From the human T2T-CHM13v2.0 reference genome, Homo sapiens, in the NCBI RefSeq assembly GCF_009914755.1, contig NC_060928.1: a DNA stretch of 64,000 nucleotides, one strand, 5' to 3'. Positions 39,043 through 49,572 of this stretch are shown here, in pieces. Within the stretch, counting starts at the first letter, position 1. Every line of letters begins with the position of its first letter. Below the pieces are notes generated by a model. The model was not told where the DNA came from. It did no database searches and worked only from the letters and a program-made list of their open reading frames with translations. A program made the translations under genes and the position numbers.

Positions 39043-40224
39043 CCATCATTCATCCTTCTGCTGTTTTTTATATTAATCAATCTAATAGTTTTATATTGAT
39101 CCTAATAATTACTAGGCATATGTCTCAGACATTGCATGTACAATAGTGCAGTGTATATATGTATATATACTTACATGTAAATATATAGAGGCCATTTTTT
39201 GTTGCTATAAAGAAATAACTGAGACCTGGTAATTTAGAAAGAAAAGAGGTTTAATTGGCTCACAGTTCTGCAGGCTGAACAGGCATGACACCAGCATCTG
39301 CTCATCCACTCAGCTTCTGGGGAATCCTCAGGGTGAAGCAGGAGCAGCCATGTCACATAGCAGGAGGGGGAGCGGGAGCAGAAAACAGGGTTTGCGGGGG
39401 TGGGGAGTGGGAAAAGCCAGGATTTTAAACAACTTGATCTTTCGAGAACTCACTCACTATCTTGAAGACTGCACTAAAACCACTGAGACATCAGCTTCCA
39501 TGACCCATACACGTCCCACCAGGCCCCACATCCAACATTAGAGATCACGTTGCAACATGAGATTTAAAGGGGACAAATATCCAAATTATATCATATGTGT
39601 ATATATATTTACAAACTATAGTAATTTATCTTTAGGAAAATAGCAACTAAATTGGGACTAAATAGCAACTAAAAGTGACTAAATTTTGATGAGTGTTGAG
39701 GTATTAAAGTAAGAGTAACTTAGCATATAGCATTTAAAGTAATACATGAGAGAGGAGGAGGAATTAGGCAAGTAAAGAATATAAAGACTACATTCTGGAG
39801 AAAGAAAAAATGCATTTGCAAATTATATAGAACTGGAAACAGCTTAGAAGAAGAAATAAATTAAAGTCCAAGTAGCTGTGTTGTATGTGAGACTAGAGAG
39901 ACAAAAGCCTGGGGAAGTGGGCAATCAACAGATAGTCAAGGGTTTGTATTCCTAGATGAAAGTGATAAATATCATCTCAAAGGCATAAAACTTGAAATAT
40001 TCTATATGCAAAATAATGGCAAAGTATTTGCCTCAGTTTACATATATTGCTTAGAATATTTTTTTTCAAAATTATTTTATTGAATTATTTTTAAGCTGGA
40101 AAAATAATCACTCCATTATTCATCCTTCTGCTACTTTTTTGTGTTAATCAATCTAATAGTTTTATGTTGATCCTAATACTAGACATATGTCTCAGGCCCT
40201 GCATGTACAATAATGCAGTGTATA
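39043..40224. repeat. Dispersed direct repeat, ~115 bp (39043-39157 and 40113-40224)
   Basis: Both copies read CCATyATTCATCCTTCTGCT...TTAATCAATCTAATAGTTTTAT...CATATGTCTCAG...TGCATGTACAATArTGCAGTGTATA. Confidence 0.9.
39185..39593 (-). mobile_element. MaLR solo LTR (MSTB-like)
   Basis: TTGCTATAAAGAAATAACTGAGAC...GGTTTAATTGGCTCACAGTTCTGCAGGCTG...ATCCAAATTATATCA. Confidence 0.9.
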
Positions 40225-40849
40225 AATGCATACACTGGAAGAGTTCATGGAACAAATTCCACAATAATTACTGTAGAGAATAAAACTTGGTTTTCAAATA
40301 TCAGAGAGTTCAGAAAACATTCTGAAGACACACAGCTTTTTACCTGCAGGAGTGCAAAAAGAATTCATTATTCCTGCTGCAGTATTAAACTTAATTATAT
40401 TAAAACATTTTTCTTCCACCTACACACACTAGCGTCTGTCAGGCTAATAACTAAAAACAGTTTAATAAGCTGAAAGTTTTATACAAAAATAGATTTTGTA
40501 TTTCTTTTAATTGCACATTTTTACATTTCTTCAATTGCTGATAAAGTTGTGACTTGATATATCAAGTGACAGTTTAAACATCCCCTACATTTGCTTAAAA
40601 ATTTGATCCTGAAATGAAAGTACATCATTTCCTTAGTAGATAATTAAATTCTGCACACAAATGTGACTGATCATTAAGTACTAAAGATTTTTTAAGTCAA
40701 AGAATGAGTCATTTATGCTTCTATAATATTTAAATCTAAATCAAAATAGTCTGAATTCTGTATATGGTGGACACTTGGCTTTACTTCCATTACTAAATTG
40801 TACTGTGAAGATGTGAATTAATGAAATAAGTAGCCTTTTACTTACTAGT

Positions 40850-41271
40850 TGTATGAGTTGCAACTCATCAGGTAGCAAACTCCATAATAGCAATTTAAAT
40901 ATCCTTAGTGAAAACAACAAACAGCATATTACTTTATTGGAACAAATTAATAAGCTTTATTTCAGGTATAGCTGAATTAAATGGCTTGAGGATGAATTCA
41001 TGTTTACTATCTCTACCTCTCTAAATTCCAAGCTCACTCAGCATTGGTGTCATTCTCGGGGTTGAGGGGATCTCTCGACTTACAGAAGAATAGTTGTCAA
41101 AATCTGCAGTCTAGGCTCCTTTTCCTGGCGAAACCAACCAGAACACTTTTTCTTTCTCAATATAATATAAATGAAATCCAAGACCTGAGTTTTATAATCG
41201 TAATCTGAGTCAAATACCTATCTCTAAAAAAAAATCACTGTAGCCAGGGTTAAGGAATTCACTGAGTACTG
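40850..41271 (-). mobile_element. Old MLT1 (J/K/L-type) LTR portion, left of HERV9
   Basis: TTCAGGTATAGCTGAAT...AATCACTGTAGCCAGGG matches the antisense MLT1J/K layout; a duplicate part lies at 47415-47690. Confidence 0.55.
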
Positions 41272-43980
41272 GACACAGACCGACAAGTATTGAAATCCCT
41301 TTGACTTAGGCATATGGGTGAAGTCTAACTGCCAGTCCTCTCCGGGATAGTGACCTATTCTTTGTTCCCCCAAAGCGGACTTACGATGGACCAAGGGATT
41401 ATTCCTTTGGCACACCTCACAGGCTTTGACTCCCTGTCGGATGGTCCGGAGGAGATTTGGCCCTGTAAATAAGGATTTGGCCATTTGATGAGTGTTTTCA
41501 ATATCCATATGAAAAGTTTGGTGGAGAGTTTTAAGCATTTTCCACTGGCTGGCTTCGGGTATAAGTACCTTTCCTTCTTCTGTCATTAACCACCCTGAGG
41601 GAAGAAAACTAGGACCCCATGAAAGTCCCCATTCTCTTTTAGTCAGGGAATACTGGGGCTTAACCTCTTGGTTGGGGTTGCTCCATACCAAGGGTCCTTC
41701 CATAGTTATTTCTAATGGGAGGTTCCACCTGGCAGCAATTTTGGCCTCAGCATCTGCCCAACGGTTTCCTTCTGCCTTTTCCCTTTCACCTTTCTGATGG
41801 CTTTGGCAGTGTAAGACTGCCACCTCCTCGAGTTTTTGCACTGTGTGCAATAATTCCATAATTTCCTTGTGGTATTTAATGGAGGTTCCCCCAAAAGTTA
41901 GGAACTCCCCTTCTTTCCATATTGCAGCATGGGCATATAGGATTAGATAAGCATACTTGCTATCTGTATACACATTTATACTTTTTCCCTTTCCCAGTTC
42001 TAAGGCTCGGGTAAGTGCCACTAGTTCTGCTAACTGGGCACTGGTCCCTGGGGGAAGAGGCTTACTTTCAAGTATGGTTACATCACTAACTACAGCATAA
42101 CCTGCCCTTCATATCCCATTCTCCACAAATGAACTTCCATTGGTATATAGGTTAAGGTCAGGATTAGCTAAGGAGACTTCTAAGAGATCATCTCAGGCGG
42201 CATAAGTCTGGACTATAATTTGTTGGCAGTCATGCTCAATTGGTTCCCCATCTTCTGGGAGAAAAGTGGCAGGGTTGAGGGCCACACACTTATGTATTTG
42301 AAGCAATGGTCCCTCAAGGAGTAGCACCTGGTATCTAAGTAGGTGGTTGTCTGATAGCCATAAACTTCCTTTGGCATCTAGTATGCCATTTACATCATGA
42401 GTAGTCCAGACAGTGAGATCCTTTCCTTATATTGTTTTGATAGCCTCTGACACCAAGACAGCCACCGCTGCAGCTACCCTTAAACAGTGAGGCCAGCCTT
42501 TTGCTACTACATCAATTTCCTTACTTAGGTATGCCACTGGTTGTGAGGTTGTCCCACAAGTCTGAGTAAGGACTCCAAGAGCTATCCCTGCTCTCTCTGT
42601 GACATATAAAGAGAAGTTTTGTCCTGTGGGAAGGCTTAAAGCTGGAGCTTGTACTAGGGCCTGCTTTAAGATTTTGAAGGCTGTTTCTGCCCCTGGTTCC
42701 CATTGTACTAGATGAGTATTTGCCCTCTGGGTCTCCTTGATTAGAGTATAGAAGGGCCTGGCTATCTCGCTGTATCCGGGTATCCATAGTCGGCAAAAGC
42801 CGGTGATTCCAAGGAACCCCCACAACTGTTTTAATGTCTTAGGGCAAGGATAAGCCAGTATAGGCTGTGTTTGCTCCTTGCTGAGGGCCCTGATCCCTCT
42901 GGCTAAGATTAGTCCTAGATATTTGACCTGCTGTAGGCAAAGCTGGGCCTTCAACCTAGACAACTTTTACCCTTGATTAGCTAGAAAGTTCAAGAGATCT
43001 AGAGTAGCCTGCTGGCATGAGGCTTCCAACTGGTAGCCAAAACTAAATCTTCCACATTTTGAAGGACCAAAGTGCCTGGACTTGAGAAGTGGCCTAGATC
43101 TTGAGCCAGTGCCTGACTAAACAAATGGGGGCTATCCCTAAAGCCTTGGGGCAAGACTGTCCATGTAAGTTGGAACATGTGGTCTGTGGGATCCCCAAAG
43201 GCAAAGAGAAACTGGGAGGAGTCAGAGTGCAGGGGAATACAGAAGAAGGCATTCTTGAGGTCCAGAACAGTGAACCATTCTGCTTCCTCTGGTATTTGAG
43301 AGAGCAGGGTATAGGGGTTGGGTGCAACTGGATATAGAGGAATTACTTCCTCATTGATGAGTCTAAGATCTTGCACTTGTCTCCACTGAACGTTAGGTTT
43401 TTGTACTCCTAGAATTGGGGTGTGCATTTCCTTACTAAGCCTTGAGCTTTTAAATGTTTAACAATATCCTCTAATCCTTTATGAGCTTCAGGCCTTAAGG
43501 AATATTGCCTTTGATAAGGAAAAGTGGTGGGGTCTTTTAGCCTGATTTGGACTGGGAGGGCATTTTTTGCCCTTCCAAATTGTCCTTCCAATGCCCACAC
43601 TTCAGGGTTGATTCCCTCCTCAAGTAGGGGACAACAAACCGGTAACTTGTTTCCCATATTCATGTAGATAATAGCTCCAGCTTTGGCTAATATATCCCTC
43701 CCTAATAAGGGTGTGGACTTTCAGCCATAACAAGAAAGGCATGTGAAAAGAGTAAAGTCTCCCAATTACAACTGAGGAGGTGGGAGAAATACCTGGTTAC
43801 AGGCTGTCCCAGGATTCCTCGGATGGTAACGGACCTTGAGGACAGTCATCCAGGAAAGGAGATTAACACTGAGAGAGCTGCGCCAGTGTCCAGGAGGAAG
43901 TCAATTTCCTGGCCTTCAATGGTTAAACGTACCCAGGGCTCAGTGAGTGTGATGACATGAACTGGCGCTTGCCCTGGGCA
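41272..43980 (-). pseudogene. HERV9 pro-pol pseudogene
   Basis: Fragments 43409..43663, 42999..43427, 42427..42963 and 41224..42021. The YVDD motif reads NVED. There is a frameshifting deletion at VRKC/TPI (~43425) and an in-frame TGA in RNase H (~42110). Confidence 0.92.
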
Positions 43981-43983
43981 CCC

Positions 43984-45440
43984 TCAGTCCTGTTGTTGGA
44001 TCATCTGGTTGGGGGCTTCTGGCCCAGAGAACCTTTGCCTTCTGGGGCAGTGTGCCTTCCAGTGATTGCCTCGGCACAGTGGACATGGACGAGGGGGCGG
44101 CTTGTTTCTCATTGGACAATCTTTCTTTAAGTGTCCTTGTAAACCACATGGATAACAAGCCCTACTGGGTGATTGGCCTGCTCCATTTTCTGTACTCTCT
44201 GAACCACCAAGGTTTGTTTGTCTGAGGGCCATGACTAAGGCTGTGGCCTTTCTCTGATCTTGCTTTTCCTTTTGGGCCTATTCCTCTTGGTCCCTATTAT
44301 AGAACACCGAGGTTGCTAGGTTTAATAGTGCCTCCAAATTTTGTTCAGGGACCAGGGCTCACTTTTGGAGCTTTCTCCTGATATCTGTGGCTTACTGAGT
44401 AATAAACTTATCTTTTAGAATCAATTGACCCTCTCGTGATTCGAGTGACAGGGGAGTATATTTTCTTAAGGCCTCCCGTAGCCGCTCAAGGAAGGCAGAA
44501 GGATTTTCTTTCTTTCCCTGAGTTATGATAGACATCATTGAATAATTCATGGGCTTTTCCCTAATTCTCCTTAGTCCTTCTAGATATTTGCAACAGATAT
44601 TTGCAACTCCAGTCCCCATGATCTGAGTCAAGTTCTCAGTGGGGATCCATACTGGGGACGGGTTGCTGACTGGTAAGGAATTTGTCCCTTTCTTCGGCTG
44701 TCATTCTGTCATTTACTTGACTAAGATACCAGGTATCTCCAAGCTCTCAGGCTGCAGCTAAAGCTTCATTCTTTTCATTAAAGGCCAGGGTTTGATCTAA
44801 CAATAGCATGACATCTCTCCAAGTGAGATTGAAGGTTTGCCCTCAACCCTGTAGGACATCTATGTACCTATCAGGATCATCTGAAAACTTCCCCAGGTCT
44901 GCCTTGATCTGCTTTAAATCAGAGGGAGAAGGGGACATGTACCCAGGTTGAGCCAAATTCCCCTCCCCCTACAGCTTGAAGGGGACATAACTGATAGCCA
45001 GGGGTGTTTTGTGGTCCTTTGGGGATTTATTTGCTTGTTTCCTTCTGGGCAGGGGAGATTAGAGGAGGCTTATCATTAATAGGTAGGGGAGCTATAGGGA
45101 GTTTAGGATATGGAGGTAAGCTGAGAGGTCTTCTTGTGGGATGTAAATTGCAAGCTTTGCATAGTTGTGGATTCACCTTCAATAAAAAGAAAGCTTGGAC
45201 ATAAGGTACTTCACTCCATTTGCCTTCCCTCTTACAGAAAAGGTCAAGCTGCAGGATAGTATTGTAATTTATACTTCCCTCAGGCGGCCATTTTTCCCCA
45301 TCAGAGAGAGAATATTGGGGCCAATCTGTAGTGCAGAAAAAAATGAGTCACCTCTTTTTCAGGGTTTGTGGGTCAAATTTGTCCCAATGCCTTGGGACAT
45401 ATTTCAAGGGTGAGCCTGTTGATGCCTGAGTGTTTCCCAT
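43984..45440 (-). pseudogene. HERV9 gag pseudogene
   Basis: MGNTQASTGSPLKY...WDKFDPQTLKK, MHR 'ITQGKKENPSAFLERLREALRKYT' and NC knuckles ending QQQD*; several frameshifts. Confidence 0.92.
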
Positions 45441-45490
45441 CTGAAAGACAAAACTGCCCATGGTTTTGGTTTGTTTTGTTTCTCCCCCTG

Positions 45491-45810
45491 CCCAAGAACC
45501 CACAACAGCCCCTGGACCCTGCTGACTGGAATAGTTGTGCTCACCGATGCAGTAGCAGAAACACCTCTTACCCAAGAACCCACAACAGTCCCTGGACCCT
45601 GCTGATCGGAATATTTGCACTCACTGACGCAGCAGCAGAAACGCTAGTTTTCCTCCTAGACCACAAGGAGGATCGAGGAAGGTCAGATTTAGTGGCCCTT
45701 ACTGACACATCCTCAAAAACCTGCACCCTTGCCTGTCCTCCTAGACCACAAAGAGGACCGAGAAAAGTCGGATTTAGTGGCCCTTACCGACGCATTCTCA
45801 AAAACCTGTT
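45491..45810. repeat. Two pairs of ~80-bp tandem repeats in the HERV9 leader
   Basis: CCCAAGAACCCACAACAG...GCAGAAAC x2, then CCTAGACCACAA...GATTTAGTGGCCCTTAC...CTCAAAAACCTG x2. Confidence 0.85.
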
Positions 45811-46675
45811 AGAGTCCTAAGCATTCTCCCGTTAGTACTGGAACTTTACTAGTGTCCTATAAAGATGTTACGCCCCAAAAATGAAGTGGAGGGCCATACC
45901 CTGAGAGAGGGAAGGGAGTTCCAGGGTTGGAAGAGTAATGCCTTTTGTCCTCACTTGAATAGGAAGAATATCATTTCTGAGGCTCCCCACATCCTAGCTT
46001 CAGCAATAGCTTTTGTTAGGCCTGCTAGTCGGAGGAGGGATCCTAAAATTCCAGATAGTCCCCCACCCCAACAGGGCTTTGGGCAAAAATTATGTCTTTC
46101 TGATTGGTGAGCCCAGGTGCCAAAATAAGGTAACAGAGTCCTGAATTTTATACTAGAAATCATTCTTATAGGAGAAACTAGAAAAGCACCAGAGACAGGG
46201 AGTGGTTTTTAGAAGTAGGACTAGCTTCAGAGAAGAGAGGTGAGAGGAAGTTTGTCTGGCAGGCATTAGGACCCAGGAGGCAAGGGTCAAGATAGATAGG
46301 ATAGACAGGCAAGTCTCGCTTGGGCGACATGACTTTGAGAGTTCCACTCATGGCCGCAGGGTCAACCAACTTGTTGTTGGGACCCCTGAGCTGAATGGCT
46401 TTCCTCTCTGTCAACCCATGGCTCAGCCCAGAAGTACAGGAAAAGCAGAAGCTGGTTCCCAGCAAACCAACCCTGCCAACTCCAAAGAGTAGGGGATTAT
46501 TAGAGACCCCTTTCCCAGAAAGCCTGACACCTGTGTCTTTAGTCCAGCAGTTGCACTAGTTGCTTTTAACTGGCTGACAGGTGCCTGATATTTAACCCCC
46601 GAATTCTAAGGAAACATAGGACAGAATAGCAAGTGAAAGGGGTCTGATGGTGCTCACACTTGGCGATAGTCGATA

Positions 46676-46693
46676 GTCCCATCTGGGTTGCCA
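46676..46693 (-). promoter_or_regulatory. HERV9 primer-binding site (tRNA-Arg)
   Basis: Minus strand reads TGGCAACCCAGATGGGAC, 3 nt after the LTR end. This is one mismatch from the complement of the tRNA-Arg(CCG) 3' end as recalled (GTCCCATCTGGGTCGCCA). Confidence 0.85.
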
Positions 46694-46696
46694 AAA

Positions 46697-47284
46697 TGTG
46701 TCTGGAATTTATTCCTTCTGGTGAGTTCTTGGTCTTGCTGACTTCAAGAATGAAGCTGCGGATGCTCACGGTGAGTGTTACAGTTCTTGAAGATGATATG
46801 TCCAGAGTTTGTTCCTTCAGATGTTCAGATGTGTCTGGAGTTTCTTTCTTCCAGTGGATTCGTGGTCTCGCTGACTTCAGGAATGAAGCCACTGATGCTT
46901 GCAGTGAGTGTTACAGCTCAAAAAGGTAGTGCAGACCCTAAGAGTGAGCAGCAGCAAGATTTATTGTGAAGAGCAAAAGAACAAAGCTTCCACAGCGTGG
47001 AAGGGGACCCAAACGGGTTGCTGCTGCAGGCTTGGGTGGCCAGTGTTCCCTTATTTGGCCCCACCCACGTCCTGCTGAATGGTCCATTTTACAGAGCGCT
47101 GATTGGTCCATTTTACAGAGTGCTGATTGGTCCATTTTACAGAGTGCTGAGTGCTGATTGGTGCATTTACAAACCTTTAGCAAGACACAGAGCACTGATT
47201 GGTGCATTTACAATCCTCTAGCTAGTCAGAAAAGTTCTCCAAGTCCCCACTTGACCCAGGAAGTCCAGCTGACTTCACCTCTCA
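46697..47284 (-). mobile_element. LTR12-family 5' LTR of HERV9 (short variant, 588 bp)
   Basis: Minus strand TGAGAGGTGAAG...TCCAGACACA, with tandem CCAAT repeats (47073-47210), polyA signal at 46960-46965 and U5 repeats. Confidence 0.96.
47073..47210 (-). promoter_or_regulatory. LTR12 U3 enhancer repeats with multiple CCAAT (NF-Y) boxes
   Basis: 24-bp units CTGATTGGTCCATTTTACAGAGyG plus CTGATTGGTGCATTTACAA units; four intact ATTGG. Confidence 0.85.
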
Positions 47285-47414
47285 TTAATATTATTTTTAA
47301 ACATTTAGTCTATAGTTATTAATAAAATAGTCAACAGTCCTCTGAATTTTTTCCATAATTGAATTATTCACAACAGTGTTAGAAGAAATAGTATGTGGTA
47401 GAGGGAAATCAGAG

Positions 47415-47690
47415 GTCAAAATCTGTAGTCTAGGTTCCTTTCCTTGGTAAAACCAATAGAAAGGAGATAACTTCTATCTCAAAAGATTATAAAAGAAATC
47501 CAAGACCTGAGTTTTATAATGCTAATCTGGGCCAAATGCCTATCTCTAAACAAATGGCTATGGCCAGGGTTAAGAAATTCATTGAGTACTGAAATGTCAG
47601 TGGAGAAGAAGGGTTTCCAATAATTTGGAGTTTCCTCTCTGAAAAAAGAATACTCAGTGCTGGAAAGTAAAAATATAAATGTCAGTTACA
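47415..47690 (-). mobile_element. MLT1 LTR portion, partly duplicating 41097-41271
   Basis: GTCAAAATCTGTAGTCTAGG...GAAATCCAAGACCTGAGTTTTATAAT...GCCAGGGTTAAG...TGAGTACTG; continues to ...AATGTCAGTTACA. Confidence 0.6.
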
Positions 47691-47778
47691 CTAAACTAGT
47701 TACACTAATGATTTTGAGTCACCAGCTAATTTAACATTGTACTAAAATTACTCTATCAAAAATACTTATTACTAACTT

Positions 47779-48346
47779 TGTAACCAAGTAGCTCAGCTTC
47801 AAAATACATTTTAAAACGTTTTTTTTTCCTTTCTCTAGTTTTAGCTTTGAAAGTTACTTTGAAACTTTTTGTTTTACTCTTTTCCCCATCAGGCACCCCT
47901 TGAACTCTGCTAGTTTATCTAATTTTGTGCTTGTTTAGAAATGTCAGAGGTTAATCTTGAAATGAACAAGGCAAGAAGACCCAGCTGCAGCATTCCCACC
48001 CACAGAAAAACACACCAATAGATTGTCTCAAAGAGATTAATCTACAACCCAGCCATTGTTGAAATGGTGCCAACCCACACTCCAGGCAGACAACTCAGGA
48101 TAGCCACTGAGACAAGACATATAGGCCCCCTACCTTGTACCGCCCCCTCATGCTCTCGTGCCAAGTTTCCCTTCTTAAATCCCTTCACCCAGCCTAAAAT
48201 TTGAGATGGCTTATGGGAGGCATCAGCCCCACGATTTCTTCGCTTGCTGGCATTTGTTCAATAAAGCTGCTTTCCTTTCACTGTACCTTTCACACACTTC
48301 TTGTATGGCTTCCAAGTAGCAAGCAGCCAAACTTGGATCAGTTACA
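47779..48346 (+). mobile_element. 5' LTR of a class I ERV (MER66-like), 568 bp
   Basis: TGTAACC...GTTACA inverted termini; TATA-like CTTAAAT at ~48174; AATAAA at 48260-48265; PBS follows. Confidence 0.85.
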
Positions 48347-48350
48347 AGTT

Positions 48351-48368
48351 TGCTGCCCCACGTGAGGA
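48351..48368 (+). promoter_or_regulatory. Primer-binding site, best match elongator tRNA-Met
   Basis: TGCTGCCCCACGTGAGGA versus the expected TGGTGCCCCGTGTGAGGA (15/18), 4 nt after the LTR. Confidence 0.65.
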
Positions 48369-49572
48369 GCTGTGTGTTTCAAATGTTTTAGCCTGTCCTC
48401 CTGGTTTCTAACCAGCAGAGGAATTGGCCATAGCAGCATGTCAGGGCTTACCTGCTCAAGATACCAGGTGGAGTGATGGCAACTTGCAAATGCCAGGTGC
48501 TTGTGGTTCTCTGACACTGTGACTGGAGCTCCAGGGAATTCCCACCAGCTGCCAAGATCACCTTTTTCTTGAGGATTTTCTTTTCTCTGCCTCCAGTCCT
48601 GTGGCATCAGCTGCTATAATGCTTTATTGGTGTAAGGAAAGTGGCATCTGGGAAGCTGATGGACTTCAAGAACTGGGTAGGTCAACCAGAGTGCACCCAG
48701 TAATCCTGTGTCTCTGCCATGTGGGCTCTCTAGTCCTCTGGGCCTAGAATAGCTTGTCTGTGGCACTATCTGGACCTAATGCAGGTCATTCTGTGGTGCC
48801 ATTTGGGTTTAAGTCAAGATCTCAGGACTTTTCTCCTGTCTCTTCAGGATTCGTTTGGAATACTCCATCTGCATTGGATTTGTCTCTGTCTGTGTCTGAG
48901 TTTATTGTTATCCTCTTTCCAGTGGTGTGCAGCAGAGTTTCCATTATGTCTGTGAAACAGTTCTACTGGCTAAAGATCAGATCCAACTGGTTGTTGAAGG
49001 CACTGAGATAGAGCACTCCTCTCCCAAGAAAAAGGCAGTTTTCATCATCTGAGGCACTCATTTTGTAATGCTTTTTGGGACTCTGAAATATTGTAGATAT
49101 TTGTGTCAAGACGTATAGGGAGATTAAGTTTGTGAACATTTCTGTAGACCATCTAGACAGGCATGCTTCCCTGTTCACTGCCCTCTGTGCTTCCTATGTG
49201 AAAATAGAATCAATAGAACCTGAGTCTAGTTCTTAGCTAATCCTTACGCTAACCCATTTGCTCTTTTTGTTTGTCTAGTTCATCACCTTATTTGTTGTCA
49301 CTCTATTTCTATTTGCTGTAGTTGGCAGGTCAGTAGGACATGGACTTAGTGTAAAGTTAAAGAGATAAAGAAAACTATATGGACTGTTATCCACCAAGGA
49401 CTAAAGGAACTCTTTCCTTGATGTCCCTGCCTGCCATTGCTGTGTGGAGAGATGTGTGCAAGTGTGCCCACTTGGAATGCAAGCAATATTATATGCACAA
49501 AGAGTTCTAGAGCAGGGGAGTTCATCCAGCCCCTGGGACTTTGATTACAGGGTTGCCCTATACAGATTTAAA

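Larger units (their letters stand above)
41272..46696 (-). mobile_element. HERV9 internal region (leader-gag-pro-pol), 3'-truncated within integrase; no env or 3' LTR
   Basis: gag MGNTQAS (ATG at 45440), two zinc knuckles (CYPCGLQGHLKKDC, CPLCRGNHWKAHC), protease FLLDTGA, RT LDLKNAFF/LPQGFRDSP, RNase H YTDSKYA, integrase HHCC and DWQLDFTHMP; adjacent to LTR12. Confidence 0.95.

Noticed and set aside
40853-40868. Perfect 16-bp palindrome ATGAGTTGCAACTCAT
   Set aside because: About one such palindrome is expected by chance in 64 kb; no supporting context.
42427-43663. Possibly functional HERV9 reverse transcriptase
   Set aside because: Split over several frames, and the catalytic YVDD is changed to NVED.
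46676-46693. tRNA-like 3' end on the + strand
   Set aside because: Only 18 nt and adjacent to an LTR: a primer-binding site, not a tRNA gene.
47073-47210. Regular 24-bp repeats that look superficially like a CRISPR array
   Set aside because: No unique spacers or cas genes; these are standard LTR12 U3 repeats in eukaryotic DNA.
45195-47221. Many 60-150 aa ORFs on both strands
   Set aside because: HERV9 leader and LTR sequence; only the MGNTQAS gag start is meaningful.
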